Below are positions 56,684 to 64,000 of a DNA stretch of 64,000 nucleotides, in pieces (position 1 is the first letter of the stretch; each line of letters opens with the position of its first letter). Origin of the DNA: Acidobacteriota bacterium (GTDB lineage: Bacteria; Acidobacteriota; Polarisedimenticolia; JACPZX01); contig JACPZX010000019.1 of assembly GCA_016195325.1 (NCBI GenBank), positions 8,628-72,627 of the forward strand. The letters are read 5' to 3'. Made by a program: the position numbers and the translations under genes. Under the pieces are notes generated by a model. That model worked only from the letters and a program-made list of their open reading frames with translations, did not search any database and had not been told where the DNA came from.

Positions 56684-56870
56684 CGGCAGCGGCCGACATT
56701 GCGCTGGGGGAGCGTGCGGGACGAGCCCGGGTACCCGCGCAGGCGTCTGGAGCCTCCTGTTATCAAACATGCCGGCGACGCCGGAGTGGGTGGGCGAGCA
56801 AGCCCGAGGCCGAGCGCGATTACTTCACGCGCGGAGGCCGACTCCCCCGGCGCAATGTCGGCCGCTGCCG
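56684..56870 (+). repeat. structured intergenic element, copy B-right
   Basis: A 29-bp terminal stem 56684-56712 / 56842-56870 with a single T:G opposition. It has the same conserved blocks as copies A and B-left. Confidence 0.8.
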
Positions 56871-56948
56871 GGCGATCGATCGGCATCGTGCCGAGGATGT
56901 GCACCGAGGCGCTCGCGGACTGTAGAATCGCCCCCCGGAGGTGGCGGC

Positions 56949-57713
56949 TTGGCGACGGTGAAGATCGAGAGGAAGGAAGAGGTCGCGATCCTGCGGCTTT
57001 CGCGCGGGCATGGGAACGCGATCAACGAGGAGATGGTCGAGGACCTGCTGCAGGCGTGCAAGAACCTGCGCGGCGATCCGGAGGTCTGCGGCGTGCTCCT
57101 CGCCTCCACGGGGAAGCTCTTCTGCCCGGGGCTCGACCTTCAAGACCTCGTCCTCCTCGACCGGCGATCGATGGACCGGTTCATGGTGCGGTTCCGCGAG
57201 ATGCTCGTCTCGCTCTACACGCTGCCGAGGCCTGTCGTCGCGTCGATCTCCGGCGCGGCGATGGCGGGCGGGTGCGTCCTCGCGCTGACCGCCGACTGGC
57301 GGGTCCTGAGGCGCGGCGCGCCCATCGGCCTCAACGAGGTGAAGGTGGGGGTTCCGCTGCCGCTGAGCGTGACCGCCCTCCTGATGGACGCCGTCCACCC
57401 GACGGCCCTCGCCGAGGCGGCGCTCCTCGGGAACAACTTCGAAGGTGAGGCGGCCCTCGCGGCCGGCCTGGCGCACGAGCTGGCGGATGCGGCGGGGTTC
57501 GAGGAGCGCACTCTCGTGCGCCTCGCCGAGTTCACCTCGAAGGACCCGGCGTCCTTCTCGGCGACCAAGGCCCACCTCCGGGCCCCGACGGCGGCGCGGA
57601 TGAAGTCCGAGAACCCGTCGCACCGCAAGGAGTGGATCGACTGCTGGTTCTCGAAGGAGACGCGGCGGCGCATCGAGCAGATCGTCACCGGGCTGAAGAC
57701 GAGGAGCGCCTGA
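56949..57713 (+). CDS. enoyl-CoA hydratase/isomerase (crotonase) family protein
   Basis: 3' part of ORF 56505..57713. TTG 56949 with GGAGGTG 5 nt upstream (GTG 56958 is the alternative). VAILRLSRGHGNAIN..FCPGLDL..VASISGAAMAGGCVLALTAD. A TAGAAT -10-like hexamer lies at 56923-28. Confidence 0.8.
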   Translation: MATVKIERKEEVAILRLSRGHGNAINEEMVEDLLQACKNLRGDPEVCGVLLASTGKLFCPGLDLQDLVLLDRRSMDRFMVRFREMLVSLYTLPRPVVASISGAAMAGGCVLALTADWRVLRRGAPIGLNEVKVGVPLPLSVTALLMDAVHPTALAEAALLGNNFEGEAALAAGLAHELADAAGFEERTLVRLAEFTSKDPASFSATKAHLRAPTAARMKSENPSHRKEWIDCWFSKETRRRIEQIVTGLKTRSA

Positions 57714-57714
57714 G

Positions 57715-58161
57715 ATGACCGACTCCGAGGAATCGTGGGCCCACCCGTCGAAGCGGTACGCCTACCACCTCGCGGTCGAGGCGACGCTCCGCGACACCGA
57801 CGCGTTCGGCCACGTGAACAACGGCGTCTACGTGTCGTGGATTGAGGAGGTGCGGACGAAGTACGTCTTCGACCGGCGAGGGCTGAAAGACACGCACGAG
57901 CTGGCTTTCATCCTCGCCTCGGCCCGCCTCGACTTCCGATCGCCGGTGATGATGCTCGAGACGGTCGATCTTTTCTGCGCGCCGTCGCGCGTCGGCCGCA
58001 GCTCGTGGGACCTCGTCTACGAGGGGCGGGCCCGGAAAGACGGCCGCCTCGTCGTCGAGGCCCAGTCCACCCAGGTCCAGTACGACTACAAGGAGAGGAA
58101 GGCCGTGCCGATTCCCGACGACTTGAAGAAGATCCTCGAGAACGACCTGGTGATCACGTGA
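57715..58161 (+). CDS. acyl-CoA thioesterase, hotdog fold (4HBT/YbgC-like)
   Basis: LRDTDAFGHVNNGVYVSWIEEVRTKY is the catalytic Asp region typical of the 4HBT class. Confidence 0.8.
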   Translation: MTDSEESWAHPSKRYAYHLAVEATLRDTDAFGHVNNGVYVSWIEEVRTKYVFDRRGLKDTHELAFILASARLDFRSPVMMLETVDLFCAPSRVGRSSWDLVYEGRARKDGRLVVEAQSTQVQYDYKERKAVPIPDDLKKILENDLVIT

Positions 58162-59210
58162 GGGGGGCCGTCATCGCAACCGTCATCGCAGTCGCCTGGA
58201 GCGCCGCCGCGGCCGGCGAGGTCACGCAGGACCCCCGCGAGGTCCACCTCGCGAACATCCGGCAGCTCACCTTCGAGGGGGAGAACGCCGAGGGGTACTG
58301 GTCCCCCGACGGGAAGCAGATCATCTTCCAGTCGAAGCACGGGACGATGGGGTGCGACCAGATCTTCGTCATGAACGCCGAGGGGAGCGGCTCCCATCTC
58401 GTCTCGACCGGCGGCGGCCGCACGACGTGCAGCTACTTCTTCCCCGACATGAAGCGGATCCTCTACGCCTCGACGCATGCCGACTCGCCGGCGTGTCCGC
58501 CGAACCCCGACTCCACGAAGGGGTACGTCTGGAAGCTCTACCCGTCGTACGAGATCTTCTCCGCCCTTCCCGACGGCTCGGACGTGAAGCGCCTCACCGA
58601 CAACCCCGGCTACGACGCCGAGGCGACCTTCGCCCCCGACGGGAGCCGCGTGATCTTCACGTCGCTACGGAACGGGGACCTCGATCTCTACACGATGAAG
58701 CCCGACGGCACCGACGTGCACCGCATCACGAACGAGCCCGGGTACGACGGCGGGGCCTTCTTCTCGCGGGATGGCAAGCGGATCGTCTGGCGCGCCAGCC
58801 GGCCCGTGACGGACGCCGAGAAGGCGGCGTACCAGGAGCTCCTGAAGGAGAGCGCCATCCGGCCGATGGCCCTCGAGATCTACGTCGCGAACGCCGACGG
58901 TTCGAAGCCGAAGCAGATCACGTCGAACGGCGCGGCGAACTTCGGGCCGTACTTCTTCCCGGACGGCCGGCGGATCATCTACGCGAGCAACGTCGGCGAT
59001 CCGAAGGGTCGGAACTTCGACCTCTGGATGGTTAAGGACGACGGCACGGGGCTCGAGCAGGTGACCTTCAACGACACCTTCGACGGCTTCCCGATGTTCA
59101 GCCCCGACGGGAAGAAGCTCCTCTTCGCGAGCAACAGGAACGACGCGAAGCCGGGGGACACCAATCTCTTCGTCGCGGACTGGGTCGAGGGTAAGGGGAA
59201 GAAGAAGTAG
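58158..59210 (+). CDS. periplasmic TolB-like beta-propeller (PD40 repeat) protein
   Basis: GTG 58158 overlaps the upstream stop (GTGA). Signal-like VIATVIAVAWSAAAA. Repeated WSPDGKQIIF, FAPDGSRVIFTS, FSRDGKRIVW, FFPDGRRIIY and FSPDGKKLLF. Confidence 0.8.
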   Translation: MRGAVIATVIAVAWSAAAAGEVTQDPREVHLANIRQLTFEGENAEGYWSPDGKQIIFQSKHGTMGCDQIFVMNAEGSGSHLVSTGGGRTTCSYFFPDMKRILYASTHADSPACPPNPDSTKGYVWKLYPSYEIFSALPDGSDVKRLTDNPGYDAEATFAPDGSRVIFTSLRNGDLDLYTMKPDGTDVHRITNEPGYDGGAFFSRDGKRIVWRASRPVTDAEKAAYQELLKESAIRPMALEIYVANADGSKPKQITSNGAANFGPYFFPDGRRIIYASNVGDPKGRNFDLWMVKDDGTGLEQVTFNDTFDGFPMFSPDGKKLLFASNRNDAKPGDTNLFVADWVEGKGKKK

Positions 59211-59219
59211 CCCCCGAAT

Positions 59220-60566
59220 CTACTTCCTCATCAGCTCCATCACCGCCGCCGTCATCGCCTTGACCCCGGTCCTTATCGTCGCAGCGTAGACAGGCGCGTA
59301 AAGGCTCGAGTGAAGCGACGGCAGCGGCACCTTCGTCGCCTCGCTCTCGGCGACCTTCTTCGGGTCCACCGCCCCCAGCCAGAACTGGAAGAGGGGGACG
59401 CTGTGATCCGGAAGAGTGTAGAGGGCGAAGTCCTCCGCGCCGCCGACCGGCTCCATCCCCTTCACGTTCGCCGCGCCGAGCGCCGACTCGAAGACGGGGA
59501 CGATCCGCCTGACGAGCGCCGGGTTGTTGTACTCGGCCGGGAGGAACTTCTCGGGGTTGAGGCTGACGATTGGCTCCTTCCCCGGCGGCACCCCGGCGGC
59601 CATCGCGATCCCCTTCGCGATCCTCTCGATCGACGCGAGGACCATCTTCCTCACGTCGGGGTCGTAGGTGCGGACCGTGAGCTGGAGCTTCACCTCGTCG
59701 GGGATGATGTTGTGCTTCGTCCCGCCGTGGATGGAGCCCACCGTCACGACCGCCATCTTCCCCGGCGGCACCTCGCGGCTCACGATCGTCTGGAGCGCGA
59801 CCACCGTCTCGGCGGCGATGACGACCGGATCCTTCGTCGTGTGCGGGTAGGCGCCGTGGCCCCCCGCCCCACGAACGGTGATGTCCACGGTGTCCACCGC
59901 CGCGAACGTGTACCCCTCGACCCACCCGACCATCCCCGTCGCCAGCGACGCGTTGTCGTGGAGGGCCAGGGCGAAGTCGGGCTTGCCGAACTTCTGGTAG
60001 AGCCCCGCCGCGAGCATCGCCTCCGCGCCGCCGGGGGCGATCTCCTCCGCCGGCTGGCCGAGGAGGATCAGCGTCCCCTTCCATTGCCCCTTCATCTCGG
60101 CGAGGGCGCGCGCGACGCCGACGAAGACCGACATGTGGATGTCGTGGCCGCAGGCGTGCATCACCGACACTTCCATCCCGACGTCATCCTTGGTGTGGAC
60201 GGTGCTGGCGTAGGGAAGCCCGGTCTTTTCTTCGAGAGGGAGCGCATCGAGGTCGGTCCGCACCATCACCGTCGGCCCGTCGCCGTTCTTGAGGACACCG
60301 ACGACGCCGTACGCGGTGAGCAACGGGTCGGCGTACTTCCCGAAGTGGTCGGTGACGGTGAAGCCCGCAAGCTTGAGTTCTCCGGCGATCCGGGCCGACG
60401 TCTTCTCCTCGTGGTAGGAGATCTCGGGGTTCCGGTGCAGCTCCAGGTACAGGGAGTCGAGCGTTGGGCTCAGCCTGTCGAGAATCTCATCGATCCGGGC
60501 GCCGAAGGCCGGAAACCCAACGTTGACAAGGACAAGAAGGGCGACGAGGGGGCGGAAACGGACCAA
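59220..60566 (-). CDS. M20-family amidohydrolase (peptidase M20D-like), secreted
   Basis: LHRNPEISYHEEKT, MVRTDLDALP, MHACGHDIH, GQPAEE and HHP-type motifs. There is an N-terminal signal peptide. Confidence 0.85.
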   Translation of the reverse strand: MVRFRPLVALLVLVNVGFPAFGARIDEILDRLSPTLDSLYLELHRNPEISYHEEKTSARIAGELKLAGFTVTDHFGKYADPLLTAYGVVGVLKNGDGPTVMVRTDLDALPLEEKTGLPYASTVHTKDDVGMEVSVMHACGHDIHMSVFVGVARALAEMKGQWKGTLILLGQPAEEIAPGGAEAMLAAGLYQKFGKPDFALALHDNASLATGMVGWVEGYTFAAVDTVDITVRGAGGHGAYPHTTKDPVVIAAETVVALQTIVSREVPPGKMAVVTVGSIHGGTKHNIIPDEVKLQLTVRTYDPDVRKMVLASIERIAKGIAMAAGVPPGKEPIVSLNPEKFLPAEYNNPALVRRIVPVFESALGAANVKGMEPVGGAEDFALYTLPDHSVPLFQFWLGAVDPKKVAESEATKVPLPSLHSSLYAPVYAATIRTGVKAMTAAVMELMRK

Positions 60567-60570
60567 GGGT

Positions 60571-61653
60571 TCACTCCTTATATATACGGCGGCGCTTGAG
60601 GCTGGCGGCGTCCGGCGCCCCCCGCCTCACGGCGACCAGCTCGGCGACGATGCTGACGGCGATCTCCCCGGGGTCGTCGGCGCCGATGTCGAGGCCGATG
60701 GGGGCGTGAAGTCGGTCGAGGGTGGTCTGATCGAACCCCTCGGCCGCGAGCTTGTTCTTGAGGATCGCGACCTTCCGGGTGCTCCCGAGCATGCCGACGT
60801 AGCCGGCCCGGCTCCGGAGAGCCTGCCGCACGACGACCTCGTTGTGCTGGTGCCCCCGGGTCGCCGACACGACGTACGTGTGGGGGTCGACGGCGAGCGA
60901 TTCGAAGGCCGACTCCATCGGGAGGACGAGCGTCTCGTCGGCGTCGGGATGGCGGGCGGGGTTCGCGAAGGCCGGCCGGTCGTCCACGATCACGACCCTG
61001 AAGCCGGCGGTCCGGGCGACCTTCGCCGTCTGCTTCGTGACGTGGCCGCCGCCGAAGAAGAGGGCGGTGGGGGTCACGAGGATCGTCTCAAGAAAAACCC
61101 GACGATCGGCGACCGGCTCCAACCCGATCGCGTCCCTACCCATCAAGGATGTCGCGAGCCGCGCCGATTCCTCGTCCAGCCGCCGGTCGCCGATCGATCC
61201 GACCACCCGCCGGTCGGCGCGGACCAGGATTTTCCCGGCCGCGCCGTCTGAGGCCGCGTCGAGCGACGTGGCGAGGACGGCCTCCTCCCGCCGGGCGATC
61301 GCGTCGAGGCACGATCGCAGCACGTCGGCGACGGGGCCGGGGCCGAGGGCCTCCGTCATGACCTCGACGGTGCCGCCGCAGTTGAGACCTTCGACGCCGG
61401 CCTGGCTCTCGGTGAGCGTGAAGCGCCGGAGCCGCGGAGGGCCGCCGGCTCTGAGGATCTCGCGCCCCTCGGCGAAGATCTCGGCCTCGAGACATCCTCC
61501 GCCGACGGTGCCGCGCACGCTTCCGTCCTCGAGGATCAGCATCTTCGATCGGCGCGACATCGGAAGCGATCCGCGCGCGGAGACGATCGTCGCGAGGGCG
61601 ACGCGTTGGCGTGACTCGATCGCTTCGAGCGCGGCGTGAAGGATCTGTTTCAT
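60571..61653 (-). CDS. XdhC/CoxI-family accessory protein
   Basis: From ATG 61653. ALATIVSARGSLPMSRRSKMLI..GTVGGGCLE, and a C-terminal Rossmann-like segment LFFGGGHV..VVIVDDRPAFA. Confidence 0.8.
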   Translation of the reverse strand: MKQILHAALEAIESRQRVALATIVSARGSLPMSRRSKMLILEDGSVRGTVGGGCLEAEIFAEGREILRAGGPPRLRRFTLTESQAGVEGLNCGGTVEVMTEALGPGPVADVLRSCLDAIARREEAVLATSLDAASDGAAGKILVRADRRVVGSIGDRRLDEESARLATSLMGRDAIGLEPVADRRVFLETILVTPTALFFGGGHVTKQTAKVARTAGFRVVIVDDRPAFANPARHPDADETLVLPMESAFESLAVDPHTYVVSATRGHQHNEVVVRQALRSRAGYVGMLGSTRKVAILKNKLAAEGFDQTTLDRLHAPIGLDIGADDPGEIAVSIVAELVAVRRGAPDAASLKRRRIYKE

Positions 61654-61683
61654 GATGATCGCCCTCGAATTCTCGCTTTTTTC

Positions 61684-61711
61684 TTGACAGATGTAAAACG
61701 AGTGGTAAGTT
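61684..61711 (+). promoter_or_regulatory. candidate sigma-70-type promoter TTGACA-16-TAAGTT facing kamA
   Basis: Perfect -35 at 61684-89 and TAAGTT at 61706-11, in a low-GC stretch. This implies a leader of about 445 nt before ATG 62166. Confidence 0.4.
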
Positions 61712-62165
61712 AACCGCAACTTCGATCGCGATCGTGAAATTCATCTTCATGATCACGACGCGATCGACACCCGGCGACACGAGGTCGCGGCGCGGCGAAC
61801 GGAAGTTGGAAGAAACTGGAAGCAGGTCGTCGAAAGACGAAGCCGCCGCTGACTTGATGCCGGGTCGATTCGAGGCCGCCGTCGCGATGACGGTCGCCGA
61901 TGAGGACGCTGCAGCGGTCGGAACGACGATCGCCACCCGCGCATGACGGCGCCAGCGCCTGGAAAACGAAAACACTTCATTCCAACCGAGGCAACGGTCT
62001 CTCCCCGGCCTCATCCAGAGGTATGACACCTCTACATACGCATCAACCCACCCTATCCCCCATGCACGCGTCATCGGACCCTGTCCGAGGCCGCCAGAGG
62101 GCGCGGTAAATGTTCTCGTCACGCGCGCGGCGGAAGTCTATCCGGGGGCTGAATCAGAGGAGTTA

Positions 62166-63287
62166 ATGGAAACGGAGACGCGCAAACAGCCCAGTATCCA
62201 GAAGCCCGTTGACGCCGATCAGTGGAACGATTGGCGCTGGCAGATGCGGAGCCGGCTCTCGAGCATCGAGCAGCTCCGCGAGTACGTGAACCTGACACCC
62301 TCCGAGGAGAAGGGGATCAAGATGGCGACGGGACGCTTCCCGGTCGCGCTCACCCCTTACTTTGCCTCGCTTCTCGATCCGAACAACCCGCGCTGCCCGC
62401 TTCGGAAGCAGGTCATTCCGACGGCCCGCGAGCACCTCGTCTCGCCGCACGAGATGGTCGACCCTCTCGGCGAGGACTCCCACTCCCCCGTCCCGGGGAT
62501 CGTCCACCGATACCCCGACCGGGTCCTGCTCCTGCCGCTGAACATGTGCGCCGCGTACTGCCGCTACTGCACGCGCAGCCGCTGGGTCGGCGACGAGAAC
62601 GAGATCATCTTCGGGCCCCGCCTCGACGCGGCGATCGACTACATCCGGAAGAACAAGAAGATCCGCGACTGCCTCATCTCCGGCGGCGACCCGCTGCTCT
62701 TCAGCGACCGTCGTCTGGAGGAGCTCCTGACGCGCCTTCGCGCCATCCCGCACCTGGAGTTCATCCGGATCGGCACGCGCGTCCCGGTCTTCCTCCCCAT
62801 GAGGATCACCGACGAGCTGGTCGCGCTCATGAAGAAGTTCCAGCCCCTGTGGGTGTCGATCCACTTCAACCACCCGAAGGAGCTGACCCCCGAGGTGAGG
62901 GCGGCCTGCGAGAAGCTCGCCGACGGCGGCTTCCCCCTCGGCAGCCAGACGGTCCTCCTGAAGGGGGTCAACGACCGCGTCGAGATCATCAAGAAGCTCG
63001 CCCATGAGCTGCTCAAGATCCGCGTGCGGCCGTACTACCTCTATCAGTGCGACCCGGTCCAGGGGACGGCCCACTTCCGGACCCCGATCTCCAAGGGGAT
63101 CGAGATCATCGAGAACATGCGCGGCCACACCACCGGCTACGCCGTTCCCACCTTCGTCGTCGACGCCCCGGGGGGAGGCGGCAAGGTGCCGATGATGCCC
63201 AACTACGTCGTCAGCAAGGAGGAGAACGTCCTCACGGTCCGCAACTACGCGGGCAACATCTACCAGTACCACGAGAACGACGTGTGA
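62166..63287 (+). CDS. kamA: lysine 2,3-aminomutase family radical SAM enzyme (KamA family)
   Basis: RBS AGAGGAG. WNDWRWQMRSR N-terminus. Radical SAM cluster CAAYCRYCTR. SGGDPL and GVNDR motifs. Confidence 0.85.
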   Translation: METETRKQPSIQKPVDADQWNDWRWQMRSRLSSIEQLREYVNLTPSEEKGIKMATGRFPVALTPYFASLLDPNNPRCPLRKQVIPTAREHLVSPHEMVDPLGEDSHSPVPGIVHRYPDRVLLLPLNMCAAYCRYCTRSRWVGDENEIIFGPRLDAAIDYIRKNKKIRDCLISGGDPLLFSDRRLEELLTRLRAIPHLEFIRIGTRVPVFLPMRITDELVALMKKFQPLWVSIHFNHPKELTPEVRAACEKLADGGFPLGSQTVLLKGVNDRVEIIKKLAHELLKIRVRPYYLYQCDPVQGTAHFRTPISKGIEIIENMRGHTTGYAVPTFVVDAPGGGGKVPMMPNYVVSKEENVLTVRNYAGNIYQYHENDV

Positions 63288-64000
63288 AAGTCGGCCTCGC
63301 CTTCGACCACAAGGACGCCTTCGTCAGGCGTTCGGGGGATCCTCCCGACGCCGACACCGAGTGGGATTCGGAGGAGACGATCGCGCTTCTCGCGGAGGCG
63401 ATCCAGGGGCTCGGGCACGAAGTCGTGAGGCTCGGCGGGGGGCGCGACATCATCCGCCTCTCGGCGAAGGGTCCCCTGGGAGTCGATCTCGTCTTCAACA
63501 TCGCGGAGGGGCGGGACGGCCGGAGCCGTGAGGCGCAGGTCCCCGCCATCCTCGAGCTCCTGGGACTCCCGTACACCGGGTCCGACACCCTGACGATGGC
63601 GGTGAGCCTCGACAAGGGGATCGCGAAGCGGCTTCTCAGGGATCGCCGCGTCCCGACCCCCGATTTCGCCGTCCTCACCGATCCCGACCAGGTCGACTCC
63701 CTCCACCTCCCCTACCCTCTCTTCGTGAAGCCGATCCACGAGGGGACGGGGAAGGGGGTCACCTCCGACTCGGTTGTGCGGACGCCGCGCGCGCTGATGG
63801 ACCAGGTCGCGTGGATCGTCCACACATACCACCAGCCGGCCATCGTCGAGGAGTACCTGCCGGGGCGCGAGTTCACGGTCGGCGTCCTCGGAAACGACGC
63901 CCCCGAGGCGATCGGCACGATGGAGGTCCTCGTCGCCGACCCCACGGAGGCCAGCGTCTACTCCGCGTCGTCCAAGTCCGAGTGGGAGAAGAAGGTCCGT
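63284..64000 (+). CDS. ATP-grasp enzyme of the D-alanine--D-alanine ligase family (partial, runs off the window)
   Basis: GTG 63284 overlaps the kamA stop (GTGA). KVGLAFD.., VFNIAEGRDGRSREAQVPAILELLGLPYTGS, DKGIAKRLL, PLFVKPIHEGTGKGV and IVEEYLPGREFTVGVLG. Confidence 0.7.
   Translation, partial: MKVGLAFDHKDAFVRRSGDPPDADTEWDSEETIALLAEAIQGLGHEVVRLGGGRDIIRLSAKGPLGVDLVFNIAEGRDGRSREAQVPAILELLGLPYTGSDTLTMAVSLDKGIAKRLLRDRRVPTPDFAVLTDPDQVDSLHLPYPLFVKPIHEGTGKGVTSDSVVRTPRALMDQVAWIVHTYHQPAIVEEYLPGREFTVGVLGNDAPEAIGTMEVLVADPTEASVYSASSKSEWEKKVR

Noticed and set aside
61734-61946. The 70-aa plus-strand ORF (GTG start) in the kamA upstream region, and the overlapping minus-strand 75-aa ORF 61753..61980.
   Set aside because: Neither has a convincing RBS, signal or motif, and codon bias is intermediate. 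I keep the region as an unexplained leader or possible sRNA rather than calling a gene.
62060-62165. A lysine (L-box) riboswitch upstream of kamA, prompted by AGAGGGCGCGG resembling the L-box 5' AGAGGCGC motif.
   Set aside because: Only about 70 nt remain before the ATG. The other conserved L-box segments (the GCCGAAG-type P3 region and the closing CUGUCA-type segment) were not found in 61.70-62.16 kb.

Overview
This is a GC-rich (about 68-70 percent by eye) bacterial chromosomal segment. The gene content suggests Acidobacteriota or a related phylum, but that is inference only. Supporting genes are an ADOP-type duplicated FtsX permease, IPTL-CTERM proteins, a giant Ser/Thr kinase-AAA-TPR regulator, a fused MFS/spermidine-synthase/TPR protein and a class I LysRS. 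I support about 60 protein genes and one tRNA-Glu(CUC). I saw no rRNA, CRISPR array, transposase or integrase. Many long ORFs in the six-frame track are Arg/Pro/Gly-rich shadows of real genes and were ignored. Housekeeping content: rpoH-like sigma factor, class I lysyl-tRNA synthetase, tdh-kbl, queD, ettA (disrupted), kamA, M20 amidohydrolase, XdhC, MFS/HlyD transport. Accessory content: (1) a bufferin-type MNIO RiPP cluster at 5044-7183; (2) a tightly overlapped methyltransferase / FAD oxidoreductase / KAS / YceI operon, in which one gene junction is amplified into a 20-bp tandem repeat encoding five chained 7-codon mini-ORFs; (3) a 61-aa histone-fold protein next to a bactofilin; (4) a low-GC 3.4-kb islet at 23.5-26.9 kb with a nuclease-like gene, a RelE/XRE pair, DUF433 plus a decayed PIN and a RhuM-Fic/DOC fusion; (5) two tandem IPTL-CTERM paralogs bracketed by two paralogous secreted proteins with eight ~47-aa repeats; (6) a three-copy structured intergenic element of about 165-190 nt, with an identical core and copy-specific but self-complementary terminal stems, which I cannot assign to any known family. 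I consider (6) the most novel signal. Two genes (the spermidine-synthase-like gene and ettA) each carry an internal loss of about 50 codons plus a frameshift. This may be real decay or an assembly problem. All family assignments come from motif recognition by eye, since no searches were run.
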